Below are positions 17,562 to 28,000 of a stretch of DNA of 32,000 nt, one piece after another. Made by a program: the position numbers and the translations under genes. The DNA lies in the NCBI RefSeq assembly GCF_050320235.1, contig NZ_CP190349.1; one strand, 5' to 3'. Source of the DNA: Escherichia coli. GTDB taxonomy: Bacteria; Pseudomonadota; Gammaproteobacteria; Enterobacterales; Enterobacteriaceae. The notes under the pieces were generated by a model, which saw only the letters and a program-made list of their open reading frames with translations, ran no database searches and had not been told where the DNA came from. How positions within the stretch are numbered: the first letter of the stretch is position 1; each line of letters starts with the position of its first letter.

Positions 17562-18713
17562 ATGGCCACCTATGAAATTAAAAATGCGACCAGCATACAT
17601 AATATTAACAATCTCGATAAAACAATCTTTGATAGAGATTATGGTAAAGAAAACAACATACCAAATGATAATAAAATTGTGCAATACTATAACCTTAAAG
17701 ATATTAAGCATGACATAAGCTCTCAGTTTATAATATTAAAAAATACAGACAGAGAAGTCTGTCCGGAACTAAGAGTAAAACTTTTGGATAATCTTAATTA
17801 CTCAAGGAATACGCTAGATAATTTGAGGGGTGACCTTGACCAAGCTACAATTTCATTCAGTCAATCAAGCAGTTCTGCAGAACAGAGTTCTATTAAAATA
17901 TCTAAATATAATATCCTTGATATGCTAGATAATTTGACCATGCGACAACAGGCTGTTATGGAGGAATTTTTAAGGGTATTCACATCAATGTATAAAGCCT
18001 CTGCTATGTCTGAGGCTATTATGAGCAACGTTTTTGAACAACTTGTCCAGTATCAGAAAACAGAAACCGTACACGCCACAATGGCAAGTTCGGCAGGTGT
18101 TCTTGCCGGGTCAACAGTTGGCGCAGCTGGAGCTGCAGCATCTGTTGTAGCAAATTTCAGAAGCCATCCCGAAAAGATGCAAACCCTTACACCTGATCAG
18201 AAGCACACTATCAGTGGAACTGATGATAAAACACAGCGAGGATTAAAAAGGGAAGTTCAAGATCAACAAGCTTATCTCAAGCAAATAGATGAAGAAATAA
18301 AAACAACAACGAAAGATACAACACTTGATGAAGAACAAAAAGAAGAGACCCTGAAATATTACGATAAAGAAAAAGAAACTACGGAAGAAAAAATTAGAGA
18401 TAAAAACGAGCGTATTAGTATAAAACATAACAGGAAATATAATAAATATTTTACTATAGGTAAAGCAGATGTACTTTCACAGCTTGTTAATCAATCAACT
18501 CAAGCATCACTTAGAATTCTAGAAAGTACTACTCATGCAGAAAAAGACATTGTTGAACAGGCTAAAAATGTCATGCATTCAGTTATGAGTAGCTATCTGG
18601 ATCAAATTAATCGTGATGTTCAAGGAAGAGATCAGGCACTCAATTTATTACAGCAAATAATACAAACCATTATTGATACTGATAGTGCTATTGTTCAAGG
18701 AATTCGCTCATAA
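17562..18713 (+). CDS. eipC: T3SS translocator IpaC/SipC family (EipC)
   Basis: 383 aa, 12 bp after eipB, central hydrophobic GVLAGSTVGAAGAAASVVANF and C-terminal coiled coil. Position and layout as in sip/ipa operons. Confidence 0.82.
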   Translation: MATYEIKNATSIHNINNLDKTIFDRDYGKENNIPNDNKIVQYYNLKDIKHDISSQFIILKNTDREVCPELRVKLLDNLNYSRNTLDNLRGDLDQATISFSQSSSSAEQSSIKISKYNILDMLDNLTMRQQAVMEEFLRVFTSMYKASAMSEAIMSNVFEQLVQYQKTETVHATMASSAGVLAGSTVGAAGAAASVVANFRSHPEKMQTLTPDQKHTISGTDDKTQRGLKREVQDQQAYLKQIDEEIKTTTKDTTLDEEQKEETLKYYDKEKETTEEKIRDKNERISIKHNRKYNKYFTIGKADVLSQLVNQSTQASLRILESTTHAEKDIVEQAKNVMHSVMSSYLDQINRDVQGRDQALNLLQQIIQTIIDTDSAIVQGIRS

Positions 18714-18756
18714 ATTATTGCAATAATAGTTTCTTATATTTAAGGAGGAATGACAC

Positions 18757-20106
18757 ATGATTAATAAAGATAATAATTTAAATATAGATATTCTACGTCA
18801 GCAGAATGCAAACATTCCTCTTCAAGAGGCATCCTCGCAAAGTGAGGAGCCTCATCAACTGGAAAACAGCAAAAGCGAGGGTAATTTGCATAACAGCGCC
18901 AGTAAGGATAATAATATTGGCGCTATGCTCAAGAAAGATGTTGAAAAACTATCAACTTTAGTCAGTGAACGTAGCCCGCGAAATGAAGACTGGAAATGCC
19001 AGCATGACATACAGCTTAACTTCGTTAAAAACATGCTCAGAAATTTCCCAACTGAGAACCTGTCAGAGAAAGGATCTGCGCTCTTACACGAAAGTTATTC
19101 GCTGATAAAAAACGTTCTGCAGCTTACAGAAAATGTTAATACTATTGACGGAAAATTAAAGGATCCCGCTAAAATATTGACCTTGCATAACTCTGTGAGA
19201 AAAACCCTGGCTAACGTTGCTCACAACACAACCGGGTCAAGTGCAATGGCATCGACCAAAGGTACCTTAAATCACGCTATCGCTTCTTTAGAGAGTTCTG
19301 CGCCTGAAATGAGAAGTTCAGCAACCAGCAGTACTTTAACGGCCAGTAGTTCAAACGAATTTAAAAGTGATAAATATATATGCAGTGATATTGCTGATTT
19401 GATGAGTGTGCTCGGTAGCGACTACCTCGAAATCTATGCAAATAGCGTTGAGATAATGAGCGCATACTGGCAGGACTTCAGTGAACATATCCAAAGCAAT
19501 ATGGGAAAATGGACTCACTCTAATAAAAAAGGCGATGCGATAGTTTTTGACGTCAATGCATTCCAAAAAGCCTTGATGCATTTTTATTATATCGATAAAT
19601 ATCCTAATGGTGATTTCCACTATCATTACAATCCAGACTATGTTTTATACCCTCCGGCACCTGCTGACAAAATTGGTGTACCACTAGAAGAAGCAGAAAA
19701 ATGGTACGCCGCTTTAGGACTTCCGGTAATTCCACCCGATCCCAAACACCGCACACCTTCTCCGATTGTCGAAGTTGAACCGCAAGGTAGCGGTCTGTAT
19801 GTTATTATTCCCAACCCTCAGATTATTGACAGTATGAGTCAGTCTTCAGACTCAATGGTGCATAGGGACGATAAAGGGAAGGAAAAAAATATATCTAAAG
19901 AATTCACCGGTTATGAAATAAGCACAGCTGAATACCAGGCATGGCTGGCGGGTTATAACGGCCAGGCAGAAAACATGAAAACCGACGTGCAGGTTATCAC
20001 GACTAAATACAGTACAGCCAACTCCACCTACGATACAATTATCAAATTATTATCTTCAACCATTACTGCGTTGTTTGATTCAGCGAAAGATTATTTACGT
20101 TTCTGA
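18757..20106 (+). CDS. eipD: T3SS needle-tip protein IpaD/SipD family (EipD)
   Basis: 449 aa. The C-terminus (YDTIIKLLSSTITALFDSAKDYLRF) resembles the IpaD/SipD C-terminal helix; last gene before the regulator. Confidence 0.85.
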   Translation: MINKDNNLNIDILRQQNANIPLQEASSQSEEPHQLENSKSEGNLHNSASKDNNIGAMLKKDVEKLSTLVSERSPRNEDWKCQHDIQLNFVKNMLRNFPTENLSEKGSALLHESYSLIKNVLQLTENVNTIDGKLKDPAKILTLHNSVRKTLANVAHNTTGSSAMASTKGTLNHAIASLESSAPEMRSSATSSTLTASSSNEFKSDKYICSDIADLMSVLGSDYLEIYANSVEIMSAYWQDFSEHIQSNMGKWTHSNKKGDAIVFDVNAFQKALMHFYYIDKYPNGDFHYHYNPDYVLYPPAPADKIGVPLEEAEKWYAALGLPVIPPDPKHRTPSPIVEVEPQGSGLYVIIPNPQIIDSMSQSSDSMVHRDDKGKEKNISKEFTGYEISTAEYQAWLAGYNGQAENMKTDVQVITTKYSTANSTYDTIIKLLSSTITALFDSAKDYLRF

Positions 20107-20308
20107 TTAAGTAACACCCACAATTATCGCCTACTATCTGGTCCCGAAAAATGGGACCAGCGTTTCATATTATTAAGCATCTGCTTTCATTCATTTCTTC
20201 ATCACAATCTTACAAAATGAGCGTTTTTTGATAGAGCAATTCTGCCAATACTTTATTTTATATTAATCAAATTAATACTATGAATAGAGAAAACGGAAGG
20301 AGCGTTCT

Positions 20309-22006
20309 ATGCAACTGCAACATGGAAAAAATAATACACAACAATATATATTTGGCGACTTTGTATTAAAAAACAATGGAATATTATTATTCAAAAACAA
20401 AGAATATCATATTCCCCCGAAAGAACTTGGCGTTATCATTCTATTACTTAATGCTGACGGTGAAATTGTTAGCAAAGAAGAGATTATCGATAAGGTCTGG
20501 AGCGCAAGTGTTGCCAGTGATGAATCTCTAACACGATGTATTTATGCATTGCGCAAACTTTTGCATGAGAATAAACAGTGTAAGTATATCGAAACGGTCT
20601 ATGGTCGTGGATACCGTTTTACTGTACCTATTGTGATTGTGACCGATAATGAACCGGTAAAGTCGACCACCACTCTTGCCGTTTTTCCCTTTCGTACTGA
20701 AGGTTCGATCAATGTTCTAAAACTCCATTACGAACTTGTCCAGGGCCTTTCAAAATATGCTTTTTGTGGTTTAGATATTTTACCCGCTTCGGTAACAAAT
20801 GAGGCCAGTGATTTCTCCACCATCCATCAGTTTATCAATAAAACAGGTCCAGAATATTATATTATGGGTCAGGTCGTTCACTATGGTAAAAACTGGCGTT
20901 TATTTATTGAGTTAATCCATGCCAGAACGCATAAATTGATTGATCATCAAAGTATTGATTTCAACCCCGATAATCCTCTTTCCGTATTATTATCACAAGT
21001 AATTAATATTCTTATTGAAAAAATACCCAACATTAATTTTAAATCTATTAATACACAACAAATGCCATCTCTGGATTCTGCTGTTATGTATATGAATGGC
21101 AGGATGGAAATGTACCGTTATACACCAGAAAGTTTGAAACGAGCATTAGTAATATTTAGAGATTGTGTGAGTACGCAACCGCAAAATACCTTGCCCTACT
21201 GTTGCCTGGCGGAATGCCATATATCATTAGCACTCCTTGGAATCAGTGAACAAAAACAAGCAATAACTACGGCAGTAACCTCCATTGAAAAGGCTCTGGA
21301 AATTAACCCTTCAAATTCTCAGGCATTGGGTTTACTGGGTTTAATCAGTGGGCTAAAAGATGAACATTCAGTGTCTAATGTGCTATTTAAGCAAGCACAT
21401 TTACTCAAACCTAATTCGCCAGACGTTTATTATTATCAGTCGCTGCTATATTTTTTGAACGGCGACCTTGCAAGAGCATTTAATTTAATAGAAAAAAGCA
21501 TTGCTCTTGAACCCAATAAAATGGGCATAAGCATTCTTAAATTAATTATACTTTATTACACATCCCCCCTCGATAACGCGATATCTTTTGCATTAAATCT
21601 TAACAGTCAAAACACCTGTAATAATCCAATTATTACCTCTATTCTGGCTATGTTCATGGCACTGAAAGGACATAATGACAAAGCCAAAAGTTTATTGCTT
21701 AAACTTGAGCCTGAACATGGTCTTGATTACACCTGCGTTAACTCGCTTTATACGAAGTTTCTGATCTATGGCGCATCTATAAAAAATGACATTATGAAGT
21801 TACTGGCAAATATTAACACTAACAAAATCAATGGTGTGATTTTGCCGTTAATTTACACTGTTTATGGTAAGAAAGAATATGAAAAGCGCTGGCAACAATT
21901 AATTAAAGAGAATGATTTATGGTCAAATGTTTTGCTTCATGACCCCCGTTTGCTCAGTGTAAAAAATGAATTTAATACTATTGGTGTGATGCGTACTTCT
22001 GCGTAA
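20309..22006 (+). CDS. eilA: HilA-like transcriptional regulator EilA (OmpR-type winged helix + TPR)
   Basis: 565 aa. N-terminal DNA-binding domain (FGDFVLKNNGILLFKNKEYHIPPKELGVIILLLNADGEIVSKEEIIDKVWS...YGRGYRFTV) followed by a TPR-rich region. Confidence 0.9.
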   Translation: MQLQHGKNNTQQYIFGDFVLKNNGILLFKNKEYHIPPKELGVIILLLNADGEIVSKEEIIDKVWSASVASDESLTRCIYALRKLLHENKQCKYIETVYGRGYRFTVPIVIVTDNEPVKSTTTLAVFPFRTEGSINVLKLHYELVQGLSKYAFCGLDILPASVTNEASDFSTIHQFINKTGPEYYIMGQVVHYGKNWRLFIELIHARTHKLIDHQSIDFNPDNPLSVLLSQVINILIEKIPNINFKSINTQQMPSLDSAVMYMNGRMEMYRYTPESLKRALVIFRDCVSTQPQNTLPYCCLAECHISLALLGISEQKQAITTAVTSIEKALEINPSNSQALGLLGLISGLKDEHSVSNVLFKQAHLLKPNSPDVYYYQSLLYFLNGDLARAFNLIEKSIALEPNKMGISILKLIILYYTSPLDNAISFALNLNSQNTCNNPIITSILAMFMALKGHNDKAKSLLLKLEPEHGLDYTCVNSLYTKFLIYGASIKNDIMKLLANINTNKINGVILPLIYTVYGKKEYEKRWQQLIKENDLWSNVLLHDPRLLSVKNEFNTIGVMRTSA

Positions 22007-22016
22007 TAACGAATAT

Positions 22017-22044
22017 AAATTGCCCTGCTGATGCAGGGCAATTT
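22017..22044. terminator. Bidirectional terminator between convergent eilA and air
   Basis: Perfect 12-bp stem AAATTGCCCTGC-tgat-GCAGGGCAATTT exactly between the two stop codons. Confidence 0.8.
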
Positions 22045-22057
22045 AGTGATTACTTCG

Positions 22058-25000
22058 TTAATAATACTCTACGCACAAGCCAGAGGACTTTCCTGTTCCA
22101 AGCTCTGATATACCAGTTTCAGGATTAAATTTCTCGTGTACTCCCATGAGCTGAGTGCTTGTCCAATAATCCGTACCGCTAAAAGCGTTCCCATAAGTTT
22201 TTAAATTACCATATTCGCCCCACAACGTACCTACTTTTCGCGGTACTACCCCACCGCTTGGCCGCTGCGCTAATTCTAAAGATGACGGCATTTGACCATA
22301 ACTACATGAAGTATTTATGATATCCCAGGTATTACTACTGGTAGCACCTAAACTAGTAAACCATTTTTTAATCTTGAATTTAAATACAACATCATTCCCT
22401 TTACCATTCTTGGGTTTCCCGGTAATAGTAACTTCACTTCTTATCAGCACAGATAATGTTACTTCTCCATTACTGTCAACATTAATTCCATAAATCCCAG
22501 CCGTCCAATTATAATCCGTATTTTTCATATTATGGGTTAGTAACAGCGTGAATTTTGCACCATCAAACCCTGTTTCTGGAAAACCATCTGTCGCCCTGAA
22601 TTTTACACCATTAACACTCAGCAACTCGACTTCCACAAAAGGAAGGATGGTATAGGATGGTTGTCCGTATATACGCCAACCTTTAATCTCCATAAATGAA
22701 GTTAAATTTTCTCCTTCTTGGTAGGCCATATATGTACGTTCATATATGCCATCACCCACATATCTCCATTTTTCCCCTTCTTTTTTTTCTACATTTTGTA
22801 AGTACACTGTATCATCCAGCAAATCCAGACCGTTATCCACCGGATTTCCAAAATCATCAACTAATAAAACACTGACAGGTAAATCCGCCCCTTCCACTAC
22901 TAAAACTTCTCGTATACGAAGCTGTGAACCAAGCGGACTCACTTCACCTGGTTTGATAGTGTAATTGTTTGAATAATTGGCATCGCTCCAACCAGCCATC
23001 TTCAGTTGCGCATTCAAATTCGCTTCCGCAAAATGCGCCATATACTGCCTTTGATATTGCCCATTGCCGTTGTAAACCCAATTATTGCCCTGGATAGGAT
23101 CCGCATTCCTGACTTGTACGTTTTCCTCATTAAGCTGAACGACACCATCAGTAATAAAGTTACCCTGGGCGTCTTTAAGAACAACGGTCACCGTTATGCT
23201 ATCCCCAGCGATATATATCGTTTTGTCCGCGACAATCGTTGATTGAGTTTTTGCCGCTGCACCTGGTTGTATCCCGTATAGCGAGGACTTAATCTCCTCT
23301 GCCCATGTTTTTAATTTCAGACTGGCAACCAGATTTTCCTCGGCAATCCATGCTGTCCAGACAATGGTATATTCACCATTATTCTGCTCGACCCACCGCA
23401 TAGAATCGGGAGTTGCGCCGCCTACCGCGAAACTATCAATATAAGACTCGATGACTTCTGATGTCAGCCCTAAAGCAGGGTTACCAAACTCATCCCGCAA
23501 CGTTATTGTGACGGTTAATGGCTCCCCGGCGATATATGCCGATTTATCTGTCCTGATAGCAGAATTTGCCTGCACCGGAGCACCGCTGTGGATGGAATAA
23601 CTCTCTGATTGTTTACTGCTGCCCCATTCAGACAACTTCAGCGTCGCGTGGTGAGAGTCTCCCGCCATTTGCGCCGACCATGTAGCAGTATAAACACCGG
23701 CGGTTTCAGACCATCCTCCTGAACGTACGGCTCCTTCTACTGTTACGTTATCACCAGACAATAAGGACTCGCCCCCTTCAACCAGGTTACCGTGCGCGTC
23801 TTTCAGCGTCACAGCGACGGTTATAGTGTCACCAGCGGTGTAGGCGTTTTTATCCGTAGCGATAGTTGATGTGGCTTGCGCCGGAGAACCGGACTGTATG
23901 TCATAGCGGTCTGACGTTACGCCATCACTCCACGTCTGCAATTGCAGGTTGGCGTGCTGATTGGTGCTGGCAATCGTCGCCATTCGGGTTGTGGTATACA
24001 CGCCACCTGATTCAACCCAGCTTCCCGTTTCTGACGGGTCAGTGCCAGCCACCGTCAGCACACCATCAGCGGCTAACTGTGAAGCTGCACCGGTTACCAG
24101 ATTATCGAACGCATCCCGGAGCGTTACCGTGATGGTGATTGTCTCTCCAACCGTATAGTTCGACTTATTTGTTTCAACGGTTGAAGTGAGCTGCGATGCA
24201 TCACCAGGTACAAAGGTGACGTTCTGGCTCTGGCTGCTGTTGTTGATGCTGGCGGAGACTGTACTGGTGCCCGCCGTCTGGCTGGTGACACTGATCTCCA
24301 CCGTGCCGTCCGGCTTTGTGGTCACCGTCGAAGCAACCGTTGCGCTGTTGCCCGCCAACACGCTGACCGTCTGTCCGGCAAGCGTATTACCGTTAGCATC
24401 GGTGACCTTCACCTGCAGCGTATTCGCCGTCGAACCGTCTGCCACCGCGTTATCCCGGATGACCTCCAGTTCAGCGATCTTCGCTGTCCTGACATCGGCG
24501 ATAAATGTCACGTCCCGGCTCTGACTGCTGCTGTTGATGCTGGCAGTGACTGCACTGATTCCCGCCGTCTGGCTGGTGACACTGATCTCCACCGTGCCAT
24601 CCGGCTGAGTGGTGACCGCCGGAGCGACCGTTGCGCCGTTACCTGCCATCACGCTGACCGTCTGCCCGGCAAGCGCATTACCGAATGCATCGGTTACCCT
24701 CGCCCGCAGCGTGTTCGCCGTCGCACCGTCTGCCTCTGAACCGTCCTTAATGACCACCAGATCCGCGATCTGCGCCGTGCTGATATCGGCGATAAACGTC
24801 ACATCCCGGCTCTGGCTGCTGTTGTTGATGCTGGCGGTGACTGCACTGACTCCCGCCGTCTGGCTGGTGACACTGATCTCCGCCGTGCCGTCCGGTTGCG
24901 TGGTGACCGTCGGAGCGACCGTTGCGCCATTGCCTGCCGTCACGCTGACCGTCTGCCCGGCAAGCGCATTACCGAATGCATCGGTCACCCTCGCCCGTAG

Positions 25001-28000
25001 CGTGTTCGCCGTCGCACCGTCCGCCTCTGAACCGTCCTTAATGACCACCAGATCCGCGATCTGCGCCGTCCTGACATCGGCGATAAACGTCACGTTTCGG
25101 CTCTGGCTGCTGTTGTTGATGCTGGCGGTGACCGCACTGATTCCGGCGGTCTGGCTGGTGACAGAGATCTCCACCGTCCCGTCCGGCTGCGTGGTGACCG
25201 TCGGAGCAGTCGTGGCACCGTTGCCTGCCAACACGCTGACCGTCTGTCCGGCAAGCGCATTACCGAACGCATCGGTGACCCTCGCCCGCAACATATTCGC
25301 CATTACACCGTCTGCCGCTGAGCCGTCCTTAATGACCACCAGCTCCGCGATCTGCGCCGTCCTGACATCGGCGATAAATGTCACGTTCTGACTCTGACTA
25401 CTGCTGTTGATGGTTGCAGTGACTGTACTGATCCCCGCCGTCTGGCTGGTGACACTGATTTCCACCGTGCCGTCCTGCCCTGTGATGACCGTCGGAGCGA
25501 CCGTTGCGCCGTTATCCGCCAACACGCTGACCGTCTGCCCGGCAAGTGCATTGCCGAACGCATCGGTCACCCTCGCCCGCAGCGTGTTCGCCGTCGCACC
25601 GTCCGCCTCTGAACCATCCTTAATGACCACCAGATCAGCGATCTGCGCCGTCCTGACATCGGCGATAAACATCACGCTCTGGCTCAGGCTATGGTTGTTG
25701 ATGGTTGCTGTGACTGTACTGATCCCTGCCGTCTGGCTGGTGACTGAGATATCCACCGTACCGTCCGGCTCAGTGATGACCGCCGGAGCAACCGTTGCGC
25801 TGTTGTCTGCCAACACGCTGACCGTCTGTCCGGCAAGCGCATTCCCGAACGCGTCGGTGACCCTCGCCTGCAGCGTATTCGCCGTCGCACCGTCTGCCGC
25901 TGAGCCGTCCTTAATGACCACCAGCTCCGCGATCTGCGCCGTCCTGACATCCGCAATAAACGTCACATCCCGGCTCAGGCTGCTGTTGTTGATACTGGCG
26001 GTGACCGCACTGGCTCCCGCCGTCTGACTGGTGACAGGGATCTCCACCGTGCCATCCGGCTGAGTGGTGACCGCCGGAGCGACCGTTGCGCCGTTACCTG
26101 CCATCACGCTGACCGCCTGCCCGGCAAGCGTATTACCGTTAGCATCGGTGACCCTCACCTGCAGCGTATTCGCCATTGCGCCGTCAGCCACGGCGTTATC
26201 CTGCGTCACCTCCAGACTCGCGATCTGCGCCGTCCTGATATCGGCGATAAACGTCACATCCCGGCTCTGGCTGCTGTTGTTGATGCTGGCGGTGACTGCA
26301 CTGACTCCCGCCGTCTGGCTGGTGACACTGATCTCCGCCGTGCCGTCCGGCTCTGTAATCACCGTTGGGGCAACCGTTGCGCCGTTGCCTGCCATCACGC
26401 TGACCGTCTGCCCGGCAAGCGTATTACCGAACGCATCGGTCACCCTCGCCCGCAGCGTGTTCGCCGTCGAACCGTCTGCCACCGCGTTATCCTGGCTAAC
26501 GACCAGATCCGCTATCTTCGCCGTCCTGACATCCGCGACAAACGTCACGTTCTGACTCTGGCTGCTGTTGTTGATGCTGGCGGTGACCACACTGATTCCT
26601 GCCGTCTGGCTGGTGACACTGATCTCCACCGTGCCGTCCGGCTTTGTGGTCATCGTCGAAGCGACCGCTGCACCGTTGTCCGCCATCACGCTGACCGTCT
26701 GCCCGGCAAGCGCATTACCGAACACATCGGAGACCCTCGCCCGCAGCATATTCGCCATTGCACCGTCTGCCACTGAGTCGTCCTTAATGACCACCAGGTC
26801 CGCGATCTGCGCCGTTCTGACATCCGCGATAAATGTCACGTCCCGGCTCTGACTGCTGCTGTTGATACTGACGGTGACCGCACTGCTGCCCGCCGTCTGG
26901 CTGGTGACACTGATTTCCACCGTGCCGTCCGGCTGCGTGGTGACCACCGGAGCGACCGTTGCGCCGTTGTCCGCCAACACGCTGACCGTCTGCCCGGCAA
27001 GCGCATTACCGAATGCATCGGTTACCCTCGCCCGCAGCGTGTTCGCCGTCGCACCGTCTGCCTCTGAACCGTCCTTAATGACCACCAGATCAGCGATCTG
27101 CGCCGTCCTGACATCGGCGATAAACGTCACATCCCGGCTCTGGCTGCTGTTGTTGACGCTGGCGGTGATCACACTGGTTCCGGCGGTCTGGCTGGTGACA
27201 CTGATCTCCACCGTGCCATCCGGCTGCGTGGTGACCGTCGGAGCAGTCGTTGCGCCGTTGCCTGCCAACACGCTAACCGTCTGCCCGGCAAGTGCATTCC
27301 CGAACACATCGGTGACCCTCGCCCGCAGCGTGTTCGCCGTCGAACCATCAGCCACTGAGCCGTCCTGCGTCACCACCAGCTCCGCTACTTGCGCCGTGCT
27401 AACATCAGCAACAAAGTTCACCGTTTTACTATCGCTGCTTTGATTGATCTTAGCCTCAACAGTGCTGGCATCCGCTACGGTACTGCTCAGATCAACCTCT
27501 GCCATGCCATGCGCATCCGTCCTGATATCTGCGCTCTGCCCTGCATTGGCAAATACAGCCGCCCCCTTCGTCACCGTAAAGGTGACGGTCTGCTCCGACA
27601 GCACATTGCCAAACTGATCTTCCACCCGGACATTCACCGTATGTCGATCGCTGCCATTCGCCAGCACATCCGGGTTACCCGTTGTCACTTGCATCGCAAC
27701 AATTTGTGCGCTGGCGGCATCGCCACTAATACTGTAATCATTTGAAGTCAGAGCGTTCGCCCAGCCGGACATCTGTAGCTGTGCTTTTAAACCGGTGCCA
27801 GGGAGTAAGGCGGTATACGTTGCGGTATAAATTCCTTTTTGATCTTCATTCCAGGCAATGCTTTCCGCTTTTGTATTTGGCAGCTGGATAGCCAGGTTGA
27901 TAGCGTCTCGTTGCCCCCCGACCAGGTTTTCATAGCTATCCTTGAGTGTTACCGTAACTTTTATCGCGCCGCCCGCGGTGTAGGCCGTTTTGTCGGTAAC

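Noticed and set aside
24209-27409. Regular repeat array as a possible CRISPR or satellite DNA
   Set aside because: The units are 291 bp, near-identical over their whole length with no spacers, and fully coding in the - strand adhesin frame.
24186-27443. Series of long + strand ORFs (24186, 24609, 25407, 26064, 26568, 26862...) encoding V/T/A-rich repetitive proteins
   Set aside because: They are the antisense shadow of the 291-bp (3 x 97) in-frame repeats of the adhesin. The repeat period keeps any open antisense frame open, and their 'proteins' are the same reverse-complement motif recurring.
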